This document shows positions 12,385 through 24,368 of a stretch of DNA of 64,000 bases, piece by piece. This DNA is from Hamiltosporidium tvaerminnensis FI-OER-3-3. Lineage: Eukaryota; Fungi; Microsporidia. Both the position numbers and the translations under genes were made by a program. Numbering within the stretch: the stretch's first letter is position 1; each line of letters begins with the position of its first letter. A model generated the notes under the pieces. It saw nothing but the letters and a program-made list of their open reading frames with translations, did no database searches and was not told the DNA's origin. The stretch is from positions 186,001 through 250,000 of the forward strand of contig JAKIMF020000007.1 in assembly GCA_022605425.2 (NCBI GenBank), in the 5' to 3' direction.

Positions 12385-14178
12385 AAAAGCAATTTGAATA
12401 AATTTTTCGATCAACTTAAACAATTATTTTTCGAATTTTTGATTAACTAATTCAACTCTAAATATTTATGTTTTGACTGTAAATATGTAGATTTAAAAAA
12501 AAATTATACATGAAAAACTAAAATTTAATATTTTGATTACACAGTTTAAAAAATCTCAACTTAAATTTTAATATTTTTTTTAATTATCTGAAATATTACT
12601 GAATAATATTTCTATCAAAAGACAGACAATCACAGATATTTATAAAGTATTATATTTTTTTATATGGCTTATACCTCTCTTCATTTCCGATTTATTGACA
12701 TACCTTGATTCATTTTCTGTTTTAAATAACAAATATATATTACATGCTTTAAACCACTGATAAACCTCTTGCTCCAAATATTATTGCTTAAAATATTCCA
12801 AAGGTTTGTATTTTTAAAGTATAACTGATAAGAGTAAATAGTGTTTCATTTATATCTTATAATATCTTTTATACTTCATTTAATTTCATTTAAACATCAT
12901 AATAGACAGTTTAAAGTATTTAAACACTTTATTGTCCTTATCATAGATTCTATTTATATCTCAGAGCTGTGTATTTTCAAAAGTACAAAAAAACAATCTC
13001 ATTGTTCATATAATTTAATATTAAATAAAAAGATTTGATTAAAATATCTATACTTACAAGAATTATACAACTTTTTAGTTCCATATTATTCTACAAAATA
13101 TAAAGCTTCTTTGCGAATTTAAACTAATATTAGTATAAAAAATGAATAAAATTATATATAAAATAAATGATTTTAATATCTATAATTGCTTAATTCTATA
13201 TCCGCCGTAGAATTAGTTGGTTTATAATTCTTTATAACTTCATACCGATTTGAAAGTATACAGCCGTAGTGTTTGCTTCTTTTACTCGCAAAACAAACAA
13301 ACTCATGTTTTTTAAAATATAAATGTTATAAGTTGAACCGCTCAAACCTAAAATAGAATTTAAAAAACTAAAAATATAAATTTTGAAATAGTATAAACGT
13401 TTTTATATTTAAAATGCCTTTCTAATACTATTTGTAGTTAACTAGACTTTTAAATAAGAAAAAGCAGTAAAGAATGTAAAAAGTGGTTAATAAAAAACCA
13501 CTGAACGGAAATTTACGGATGTAACTTACAACCACGATTCATATTCTACAAAATAATATTAAACAAAAAGAAAAGCTTTCAAAAAAAGAAAATTATTTGG
13601 AAAGTTGATACATTACAACTTTCTTAAATTTCTCTAAACTATAATTTAAATTCCAGATAAATTTTAAGATTTAAATGAATATAAAATAATATGAATTAAT
13701 ATGAATTAATTCGCACAAAGAAAATAAAAGAATTTTATAAAAAAACATAAAATTACTAATCCAATGTTCTATTGATTAGACAAGTAGATTATATTGGACA
13801 TTTCGATATGATTTTTTTATTTCGAATTGATTTAAAACTTTCAAAATATTACAATATTACAATAATAAATACATTTCCCGTTCTGATTTTCATTACCATA
13901 ATAGAAATGCACTAATATATTTGCCAAAAACTTTAGAATTTATAAAACCTTTCAAAATATTCAATACATTTTGACGTACTCAAAACAACAAAACATTTAA
14001 AACCATAAAAAACTCAAGAAATTAGAAACTGATCAAATCATAAACTGTTAAACCCATAGAACTTGATTTATTTATTAAAATATTGAAGATTAAACTCATA
14101 AATGTATTTCTTAAATCATTATATATTCATCTTTTAAGACATTTTATATTAGTTCGTTATTTTTACCCTCAAATAGTA

Positions 14179-14436
14179 ATGAAATTTATTCTCGCAATCA
14201 AATATATTATTTTTACTCAGATTGTTGCATCTACACAGAGATATAATAGTTACAAACAGTCAAGATTAAGAAAAATACTAAAAAATTGTTGTTGCTTATC
14301 TTTTGAAAGCGATGAAAATCAAGGAAATACCAGTAATTACGAAAAAACAGACAGTTTTGAGTTTGTAAATGTAAATGTGAATCCAAAGTATTCTTCAAGC
14401 AAAACGGAGAATGACAAATCTAATCAAAACAATTGA
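14179..14436 (+). CDS. Small orphan protein (85 aa), possible signal peptide, CCC Cys triplet
   Basis: The ATG at 14179, preceded by CCC at 14166, is more plausible than the TTG start at 14083; MKFILAIKYIIFTQIVAS then a polar tail; AATAAA after the stop. Confidence 0.6.
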   Translation: MKFILAIKYIIFTQIVASTQRYNSYKQSRLRKILKNCCCLSFESDENQGNTSNYEKTDSFEFVNVNVNPKYSSSKTENDKSNQNN

Positions 14437-16402
14437 TATAAATAATTCCTTTAAATGTCTTTTTAATTCGAATTTATATATTATTATATTGCCGAATGTT
14501 TACGATTAAAAATGGAATTATTAATTTTTTTAATCTTTCTTTTTAAATTTAATTATATATTAAAATATTAATTTAAGATATTTTTTTATATAGCAGTTCA
14601 ATCTTATAGCGAATTACAGATCAAAGTTTAATCTATTTATGGTACTTTATAATTATAATATGTTTAAATTTATATTGAATAAATTAAAAAAACGTTGAAC
14701 TTTAATTTGTTATTAAGAGAAGGATTGAACTATTCAATGAAATAGAATATTAGATAAATCTTTTTCATTTGCTTTTTTTCACGAATAAAAACCTCTGTTT
14801 CGTTTGTTAAATAGATAATTATACCATTTTATTACTTTTGCACGAATAGTAGTTTTATAATAAACATTTTAAAGATTTAACTCTATATTAAATATTAATA
14901 AAGATATGAGATTTAATTAATTCGATAAATTTATAAATTAAAGTCTATGTTAACTCACAGAGAAAATGTTTGATTTTATTAACCAAATTAAATCTTTTAA
15001 TCTAAAACTCTACAAAGTATCAAATAAAAAAGTCAATCTCATTAGAAATTAGTTTTTTTAATAAAATCTTGAAATACATAAAAATAAAAATACTGTCTAT
15101 TTATGTTGATCGATAAATGAATTACATAAGTAAATTCGAATGATTAATTTTATAATCTTAAAATATATAAATTCACTGGTTTCAATTAAAGTGGTCAAAT
15201 AAATGGAATAAATTAAGAAAAAAAAACCCAGGGTTTGCCTCTTTATTCAAATATATTTTATTATAGTTTATATTTATATTATTTTTATAATGTTTTATGT
15301 CCATCTTTAAATTAATAACTAAAAAAACGACGACCAATTAATTGAATATTTATCTTCGTATTTTATATACTTTTTGTCACCAGATTCTATTTATAAATAG
15401 TATTAAGGTTGTATTTTTACTATTTTAAGTTTAATTTTTAGATTTAGATTTTGAAACTATTCTTTAAGAAATACAGCGCTTTTTTTTAGAGACTAAATAT
15501 GTCAAAAATGTAAATTTAATGTTTCAAAGTACTATAAGAAACCATATCAGTGTAATATTATTTTCTTATTCGAAACAGTAAATTTGTAGTTTCAAATAAA
15601 AAAAATTATAACCATAGTTTTAGAATCTTGTTTTGACGTTTTTATTTGTAAAAATTATAACTGATAACATATTTTTGAAGTTATTTACTATTTTTAAAGT
15701 AAATTTTCGTTATATGACTTGTGATTCGTATTTATTATTTAGAATTGAGTTAAAAAAAATTTGGCTTACAATTTAAGAAATTCAACCTGGGATTGGTTTA
15801 ATTTTGTTTCTAAATGTATCAGAAACAGCCCAGATGAATATTTATCTAAGTAGTTCCATATTCTAAAAAATATATCACAGAGAGGAATAAATCATTACTC
15901 TTCTTTGTTTGCGGATTTTTCAATCCTATTTATTAAAGAATAAATATAAAGATTTATCAGTCTTTAATAGGCAAAAATTCTTAGTTTAATTATATAATTT
16001 TTATTTAAATAAAATGAAAATATCTTTACTTAAATATTGGTCATGTGATTTGCATTTATAATAAATTGCAATCTAAGAAATCAACTCGTTTTAGTTTCTT
16101 ATTATAGTGTAAAATCAAAATTTATTTCGGCTATCTTTTAAATTAACAAATAAAAATGTCTCTAATTAATAATTACTAAAAACCTTTTCTAAAATAGATT
16201 ATTTTACCACCTAGAATACTATGTACCTACTTTTTAGACAAAGCATCATAGTGTTATATTCGTTTATAAATACTACTTTTCTACTGCACTATTAATATTT
16301 TAGTACTGTATTAATATATTTGGAAAGATATTTATTCAATTAATATTTAAAAAATATTAAACCATTAAATCGATAAATTATTTCTTGGATATTCAAAGAT
16401 AA

Positions 16403-19400
16403 TTTATTTAATAAAATTCTGGGTTAACAAATTTTCTCTCGTTTAACTAATTTCTTCCATCACTTTAACCACTTTATTCTCTTTTTCTACATCCGACTTA
16501 TCATTCATGTCTATCATCGGTTCCTCTGGTCTGGTTACGTCATCTAAAAAAAGGGGTAAAATATTTTTTGAATTTACTTGTTTAACACTATCTTCCTCGT
16601 TCTTCACTTCTTTTAAGGGGGGTGTTGGCTGTTTATGCATCTCAGCTCCTATAATAACACTTAATGACGCTCTCTCCCAGCTCTCTTCGGCACTTGGTCC
16701 TGACTCAATTCCTCTTCGTCGATCGAAGGAAATCATTTCGACTGTTTTCTTAAGTACTATGGACTGAATGTATGCCTCTACATTTATGGGTATTTGTAAT
16801 CTTTTAAGATAAGTCTTATGGTATTTTGTCACAATACCGTCCCATGTTATCACATAAGGAATTATCTCTACACCACATTTGTAAATAAGACCCAAATCTT
16901 TGCTAATAGGTCATACTTCCTAAGTTTCTCTATTTCAACTATTTGAAGTGAGTCTTGGGAGATGATTCCTACTTCAATGAGGGTAATCTTATTTCGTCTC
17001 TTGTCTAAAACGAACATATCTGGCCTATTATTTCGAATTTTGACATCAGTTTTTATTCTGGTGTCTACTCTTATCTCTGCATACTCATTATCAAGAATTT
17101 CTTGAACTGAGTGGCTTCTGATTCGTTTTGAAGACTTGAATTTATATTTATTTAACAAGAGCAAATGTATACATCGTACCACTTCATTGTGTCGTCTAGT
17201 ATAGTCATGACCAAGCATTTTTTCACATCTCGTTGCTAAATGGTCTACTGTTTTTCTAGACGTGTTGCAGTGTTGACACACACCTTCTGCTCCCCAAAAT
17301 ACGTTTCTATCCTGGATATAGCAGAACACTGCTTCATCAGGCGGTCTTACACTTCCTTTCTTTAACCATCTTGAGGAGTCATTAACACTTACTAGCTCGT
17401 TGTTTCTAGCATTATATAACTTTGAATGTATTTTTCGTTTTTCTATTTCGTTATATAAGTTAGCTAGTTGAGCTTCATCTAATTTATTTTTAGTGACCTC
17501 CTCTGCCATCCCGTATTTTACTTGTAAAAAGTCTTTTATAAGTGCAAGATGGGTTTTATTATCATTCTCCACCTTAAGTTTCTTCTCTTCTGGTCGATGT
17601 TTCTTTAGATTTTCCCAGACAATCCAAGAGTTGCAAACGCATATGTTCGCTTTTGAACTCAACACTATGAAGACCTCTCCCAAGTTCTGTTCTGAAAAGG
17701 TACAGACGCTCTTTACATCCTGGGCGAAGATGTATCTTGTTCTTTACTAAAACTGCACGTACTGCGTCATCCAACTTTGAGAAGTCGCCAGGTTCAAGTC
17801 GAAGTACACCTATATGATATTTTATCAGAGATATCGCATGTTGATTGATAGCTTGAAATAAGTTTCTTGCATTCAATCTCGTGCGGCAAAGTCTCTCTAA
17901 CCTCGCTATCAGTTTGGTTTGTACTTCCTCAAACGACTTACGGGTTGGAATTCCTCTGCTATCTTCTATTATTCCGAGGTATTTGTAAACACCTATTCCT
18001 TCAAGAAGTTTAGCAGTATTCTCACAACACGAATCATTTGTGACCTACTTCTCTCTGTTTATTTCTAATCCTATATTTTTCATAAACATTTTTACCTCCT
18101 CCGTCATCTTTTCAAGCGTTGTTCCATCTTTGGCAAGGAGCTTAAGATCATCAATGAACAAGAGATGATTGGTGGAGTGGGATACATCCTCCGTTTGTAT
18201 TGTCACCTTTGTGTATTCTTCATTGAGTTTACGGCTCAATGAATCCATACACAGCACAAACAATAAGGGTGACAAACTATCTCCCTGTAGAATCCCCTTA
18301 TCAATCTTCTTGTTCATAATTTTTTCAGACCCTACCGAAATATCAATTTTCCATTTTGATATTGTTACTTTAATAAATTTCAGGATCCAATCAGGTAAAT
18401 TAAGGTTTTCAATGCATTGAGTTAAATAAGCATGATCTATTGAATCATAAGCTTTTTTAACATCAATCCATGTTGCCTTAAGATTATTTCCATACTCTTT
18501 ATTTAAGGCAATATTCAGTAGAGCCTGCTCTTTCGCTCCCTGCACACCTTTACCGCCCCTAATTGGTTCTCTGCAAGCAACCCTCGCCTTTCCTCTTCAA
18601 TTTGAACTTTGTTACACACTTTGTCGTTAAATTATAGAGGTTGGACATACAAGTGATTTGCCTGTAGTTAGAGCCTCTTCGTGGAATTCCTTTCGGTATA
18701 AAATACGTAAGCCCGCAGTAAAACCAATCAGCTTGAGTTGTTCCTTCTAAACATATAAATTTCACAATATCATAAATATATTTGTGAAGAGTTGTAAGTT
18801 TCTTAATGAAAAAATTGTAAATACCATCAATTCCAGCAGCTTTCCAATCGGGAAGCCAATAAATGATATTTACAAATTCATCAAGTAAAGGAAACGTGGT
18901 CGGATGATTATCTGATACAAATAGAATCAAATAATCATCATACGTGACTGCGTCATCATTTTTGTTCCACATTGTAGACCAAAAACTCACAATTTCATCA
19001 CGACTAACCACATGCTCGGATTCTACACGCTCAGATAACCCACGATAAAATCGACCTCGGAAAAGCTCAAACATACGATTCTCTTTTCGGAATTGCTTCC
19101 TACTTTCATGCATCGTAATTTTTTTCTCGTAAACATTCAAAGACTCATTCTTCTTAACTAAAGCCTCAGAAAGATCAGTTACGCTGCTCAAGTTTAAATT
19201 AAACTCTCGCATAATTTTCTTAAGGCTCTTCGTTTCCGAAGTGGAGAGCTTTTCCTGCTTACGAGCCTTCTCGAGAAGATCTTTAGAAAGTACTAACTTA
19301 GAAATTTTACTTTCTATGTTTTCCTTCCAAGCGGATCTAGGCTTCTCTTTACGTGTTGCCTCGTCATAGCATACCTGCGCAGCTTGCATGATATACGCGG

Positions 19401-20243
19401 CTTCCGTAATTGACTCAGGTACATGAGCTCCTGCATATTCACCGACTACTCGATTAATGAGATCCAGAACTTTACTATCAACCAATTCATTTGGATGTTT
19501 TCTAGTTCGGACCACCACTTTTCCAATTTCGTTTTCCGAGATTTCTTTGATTTTACTCAAGAATTTATCTCTCAGGTTTATGTACTCCGTGGTGTCGGTC
19601 AAGGTGCATGTATCAGCAAGACAAGTGGCGATTCTACGTCGCTCTCCATTCTCTTCTGATTTTACTTCCTTTCCCATCTCACTTTGTGCCAATTTTTTTA
19701 ACACTTCGAGAGTTTCAGTGCAGCCGAATTTCTCATTATAGTACCTGTGAAGCTCTGTCCAGCCATTTCTTGGCATTCTTTCAAACCTTGTCTGTACTGC
19801 AAAAAAAACAATTCGAGGCCATTCCTTCGGGTCGGCTGTTACGGAATCGAATATCGTCCGCAATGCCATTAGCCTGTTACCTTCCGGAATAGCTAGAGTA
19901 CAGGGGCTTGTCATGTCGTACGATGGCTCGCACGCAGAGACTTCAACCAAAGAGGGAACTGGTGCATTAGGCGAAGGTAAGGTGTCAAGCCCACTATTTT
20001 GCATTTTACTGCATGTTTGGCTTGGTGGTGGAGGTGTTATTGTTGTGTAGGAGGAGGAAGGTAGGGAAATCGCCGGTGGGTGTAGCTTACATTTTTGTAC
20101 CTCACTATCACTCTTCTTCACCTCATCAGCGTCGTTTGCAGCCTTTATTTTGGTATTTTTCGATATTTCGCTGCTAACATTGTTCTTTCTACTCATTTAC
20201 TTTATAATCAATATATCGAATAAGAACAAATTAATTTTTTTCT
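16403..20243 (-). mobile_element. Near full-length RLE-type (R4/Dong-like) non-LTR retrotransposon, ORF disrupted
   Basis: ORF pieces 20196-18559, 18545-18045, 17876-17574, 17683-16868 and 16895-16443 give RT motifs (KAAGIDG, NYRQIT, DVKKAYDS, GILQGDSLSP, FIDD), a CCHC knuckle (CQHC..DHLATRC), RH and the PD..E endonuclease (RPD..IEV). The 3' end is TTAAATAAA at 16403. Candidate decayed TSD ttc(g)aaa(t/g)ataatttat at 16392-16407 and 20244-20260. Confidence 0.93.
16443..20196 (-). pseudogene. Reverse transcriptase/RLE endonuclease polyprotein with frameshifts and in-frame stops
   Basis: Consecutive ORF fragments continue one protein; in-frame stop at 18045 and frameshifts near 18590, 17580 and 16895. 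Confidence 0.9.
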
Positions 20244-20396
20244 TTCGAAATATAATTTATATCTGAAATATATTCTTTCATTATTTAGAACAAAAGAGTA
20301 AAAAATGTCCAAAATTATTAAATATATATCGATATTTTAAAAAAATTGTACATTTTTATTCTATTTTATAAGATAATATATATTTTTATTTTGAAA

Positions 20397-21705
20397 AGCG
20401 TTTGTATCTTCCTAGAACAAAACTTGGAAAAGGCCTACATAGTGTTGAGTTGTGAAGCGAACATATGCTTCTACAACTCTTGGATTGTCTGGAAAAAAGT
20501 AAAGAAATATCAACTAGACGAGCAGTAATCCTCAAAGTGGAGAATAATAATAAAACCCATCTTGCACTAATAAAATGTTTTTAAAAGTAAAGTACAGGTT
20601 GGTAGAAGAAGTCACTAAGAAAAGTTTAGAAGAAGGTCAACTTGCAAAACTATATAACGAAATAGAAAAACGAAAACTCCATTCAAAGTTATATAATGCA
20701 AGGAAAAATGAGCTTGTGAGTGTTAGTGACTCTTCAAGATGGCTAAAGAGAGGAAATATTAGGCCACGAAATGAAGCTGTGTTCTGCTATATCCAGGATA
20801 GAAATGCATTCTGGGGAGCAGATGGTGTGTGTCAACATTGCGGGAAGTCCGGTAAGACTGTAGATCATCTAGCAACTCGATGTGAAAAAATGCTAGGCCA
20901 AGACTACACCAGACGGCATAAGAATGTGGTTAATTGCCTACACTTACTTCTCTTAAATAGATATAAGTTTGAGTCTTCAAAACGAATAAGGAGTCACTCA
21001 GTTCAAGAAATTCTTGATAATGAGTATGCAGAGATAAGAGTGGACACCAGAATTAAAACTGATGTTAAAATTCGGAATAACAGACCGGACATATTTATTT
21101 TAGATAAGAAGAAGAATAAGATAACACTCATTGAAGTAGGAATCACTTCCCAAGATTCACTTCAAATAGTTGAAACTGAAAAACTTAGGAAGTATGACCT
21201 GTTAGCCAATGAGTTGGGCCTTATTTATAAGTGTAGTGTTGAGATAATCCCTTATGTGATGACCTGGGACGGTATTGTGACAAAATACCATAAATCTCAT
21301 CTTAAAAGACTAGAAATACCCATGAATGTAGAAGCATACATTCAGTCTATAGTACTTAAAAAGACAGTCGAAACTATTTCCTTTGATCGACGAAGAGGAC
21401 TTGAGTCAGGACTAAATGCCGAAGAGAGCTGGGAGAGAGCGTCAATGGGTGTTATTATGAGATCAGAGATGCGTGAAGAACCAATACCCCCTTTAAAAGA
21501 AGCGAAAAGAGAGGAAGATGGTGTTAAAATTTTAAAACCAAAAAATAATACACCCCTTATTTCACAAGGAGGAACCACTTTAGAGGAACCGACCAATAAC
21601 ATAAATGAAGAGTCGGATTTGGAAGAAGAGACAATAGTGGTTAAAGAGGTAGAAGAAAACATATAAAAAGAGTAAAAATATTTTTTAATTTTATTAAATA
21701 AAAAA
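20397..21705 (+). mobile_element. 5'-truncated copy of the same RLE retrotransposon with a 17-bp TSD
   Basis: Starts inside the ORF (RLYLPRTKLGKGLHSVE) and ends TTATTAAATAAAAAAA; flanked by ATATTT[T/C]TATTTTGAAA at 20380-20396 and 21706-21722 (one mismatch). Confidence 0.92.
20575..21666 (+). CDS. C-terminal fragment of the retrotransposon protein (CCHC knuckle + RLE endonuclease + acidic tail)
   Basis: CQHC..DHLATRC and RPD..IEVG motifs; closely similar to the 16443-17683 translations; no RT domain. Confidence 0.8.
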   Translation: MFLKVKYRLVEEVTKKSLEEGQLAKLYNEIEKRKLHSKLYNARKNELVSVSDSSRWLKRGNIRPRNEAVFCYIQDRNAFWGADGVCQHCGKSGKTVDHLATRCEKMLGQDYTRRHKNVVNCLHLLLLNRYKFESSKRIRSHSVQEILDNEYAEIRVDTRIKTDVKIRNNRPDIFILDKKKNKITLIEVGITSQDSLQIVETEKLRKYDLLANELGLIYKCSVEIIPYVMTWDGIVTKYHKSHLKRLEIPMNVEAYIQSIVLKKTVETISFDRRRGLESGLNAEESWERASMGVIMRSEMREEPIPPLKEAKREEDGVKILKPKNNTPLISQGGTTLEEPTNNINEESDLEEETIVVKEVEENI

Positions 21706-21798
21706 ATATTTCTATTTTGAAATTTAATTTAAATAAATGATATATTAAGAATATTGAATATTCTATAAATGGATATTTGTGGTTTTATTTTTTTAAAA

Positions 21799-23535
21799 AT
21801 GAAAAAAAAACCGGCTTTTATGATTATCGTACTGCTTTTTCAAAAAATATTTGTATCTGCCGCAATTTTGGGTACGAAAAAAAAAATTCTACAGAGGTAT
21901 AATGAGAGTTTAAAAAGTAATGAGGACAATCATAATAAAGCATCTTCGAGTTTTATGACACGAGAAAGTATTGAAGTAGATGAGATTTTACAAAGTAATG
22001 AGGACAACCAAAATAAAACACCTTCGCTTTTATCAGAAGCAAAAGGTTTTGAAGTAAAGGAAAATAGTCCTGATACAATAAACACTGGGATATTACGTGG
22101 ATTAGATAGTAGGGAAGCTATATATACTAGCCAAATTTCAGATAAAACCAATCCTTTGCTTTTTGATAAAAATAGTGGTATTCATTCAGTCTCCAACTTT
22201 GATTCTATTTCTTCTGATGAGCCAATTGCAACTTATTCTAATATTTCATGCAAAAGGAGACGTTTAGATAAAAAACCAAACGCTAAAATACATTATGGGA
22301 CTAGAAATGAACGTCAGTCAACAGTAGGAAATTCCATCCAACCTAAGGTTGATATTAAGCCAAATGCACATAATGGTGACACTCATAATAAAAATACTGA
22401 ACCAAATAGGAACCACGAAACGGCTACCAAAAAATATGATAATACCCTAACTATGACAGAAGAGCCGAAGCAACAATCTTATATAGATAAAAATTCCCAT
22501 ATATTAAAAGAAGAAGAGCCGATTGATATTCTGAAGAAATATATTTGCAAAATTCTCGATGATAAAATCTTTTTCGAACAATTAAAGGAAAACATCAATG
22601 TAGGAATCAGGTATAACAATGTTTTGAACGCTTTAACAGTACCAATCAATTATAGAGTTGCAAGTGATGCTCTAGAAAACAAACCAGCGCATATATATAA
22701 CAAAGAATGTAGTGCTTTTGCATCATTTCGAGAACATTTGACAAATTTAACTAAAACTTATCTTAATAATGTTGATCTAGACCAAGCTCTATCAATTTTA
22801 TCACCAGAAAAATTCGATTACGGAAAGTTTAATTCTATTTTGAGGGAATACAAAGCCTTAATTTGTCGTATTACATTTACAAATGAAATCGATATTTTAA
22901 GTCTAGTCGAATGTTTTGAAAAACTCGTCGAATTTGAGAATATTTATGTTGGATTAACTCCCCAGAACAAAACATCGAGTTTATTAAGTCAAATAGGGTT
23001 TTCAACAGAGCCACAACTTGAAATATCCAAAGAAATTTATAATTTCATTAATAAACATGAAAAGGTAGAGAATATTCTGAGTAGCATAAAAAGAAACCGT
23101 CTTTTACAACTGAATTTTTTAGTTTGTTTGTTTAATTGCCTATCTAAAAAATTATCGCAAGATATTATAGGTTTAGGAAATGAGAATAGAACAGATTTAT
23201 TCCAAGAATCCGAGAAAAAAGATAATAAATTAATATTGGAAAACGTACTTTTACTTAGAAAAATATTGTTAAGAATATTTCTTTGCCTTAAGGATTATGA
23301 TTCAATAACAGCTATTTATAGCCTATTGATATGGTTTGACTATGTTTTAGAAAAAAACAAACTTTTTTTTTCTGAAGAATATTGTGAAATCAAAGAATTT
23401 ATTAATTTCTGCTTCGAAACTATTATGACTAATAAAATGGCTCAAAATAATAGATTTTTAATGGAAGTTTTATCCTTTATTACTATTGTGATCTCAAAAA
23501 ATTCAATATTGAAAGCACCGGCAAATATATTTTAA
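21799..23535 (+). CDS. Large orphan protein, putative secreted effector with NLS-like motif
   Basis: Open 588-codon frame from 21769. The second Met (21799) gives a signal-peptide-like MKKKPAFMIIVLLFQKIFVSA, then a disordered region with KRRRLDKK and a helical C-terminal half. Confidence 0.85.
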   Translation: MKKKPAFMIIVLLFQKIFVSAAILGTKKKILQRYNESLKSNEDNHNKASSSFMTRESIEVDEILQSNEDNQNKTPSLLSEAKGFEVKENSPDTINTGILRGLDSREAIYTSQISDKTNPLLFDKNSGIHSVSNFDSISSDEPIATYSNISCKRRRLDKKPNAKIHYGTRNERQSTVGNSIQPKVDIKPNAHNGDTHNKNTEPNRNHETATKKYDNTLTMTEEPKQQSYIDKNSHILKEEEPIDILKKYICKILDDKIFFEQLKENINVGIRYNNVLNALTVPINYRVASDALENKPAHIYNKECSAFASFREHLTNLTKTYLNNVDLDQALSILSPEKFDYGKFNSILREYKALICRITFTNEIDILSLVECFEKLVEFENIYVGLTPQNKTSSLLSQIGFSTEPQLEISKEIYNFINKHEKVENILSSIKRNRLLQLNFLVCLFNCLSKKLSQDIIGLGNENRTDLFQESEKKDNKLILENVLLLRKILLRIFLCLKDYDSITAIYSLLIWFDYVLEKNKLFFSEEYCEIKEFINFCFETIMTNKMAQNNRFLMEVLSFITIVISKNSILKAPANIF

Positions 23536-24368
23536 ATATGTTTGAGCGAATTACCGAAAATAGAAATAAAAAAAATTATTATTTAAGAGAAATATTACGA
23601 TTTGTATTTATTTTTCTAATCTAATCAATAAACATAAATATTTCTATTTTTAGATTTATACATATGATTATATTTTCTTTTGCCAATTTTTTTTAAAAAT
23701 CATGGTGAATTTCATCGTAATCTTAAAATTTCCTATTAATCAAAAATAAGATTTTGATTTTTTCAATACATTGAAAAACAAACTAAATGTGCAAATTTAT
23801 AATTCCTAATTAGGTAAAAGAGAATAAATGCATGAAAAACGATCTCTGGTATGCGTGTAAAAAATAAGAGTTTAAATCATATTTATATATTAGTTAATAT
23901 AAACTATACTAGATCTACCGGCATGTCTCCTTATATTTTTAATTACAACAAATAAAAGAAACTAATGAGAAAAAATACTGTCTCAAATAGCAAGGACCTG
24001 GCATGAACTTGAAAATACTTCTTATGCAAAAATAAAAGTATGGGATCGAAGGAAAAAAACAAAAGAAACTTTGAATGCTGAAATTTTTTACACCTTACTC
24101 CAGCTTTCAGTAAAAAAAGAATAGATTCATGAAATGCGACAGTGTTGACTAGCAACATATTACTTTGCTGTTTTCTTTTGTCTATCCTCAACACAAACCC
24201 GTAGAGGTGAATCCGAATAGGAAAGTAATATTCTTTGAATAAGTAATAATCGATTTTGAAACTAACAAAAATTTATGTTAGCAAAATAAATTCAATAATT
24301 CTATACTCTGCCAGAAATATAATAACGTTTCATTTTCTTGTAAAATGATAAACATATATAGTATAATA

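Noticed and set aside
13201-13275. tRNA-like D-arm (gtagaattagttggtttataattc)
   Set aside because: No T-arm (GTTCRA) and no acceptor stem.
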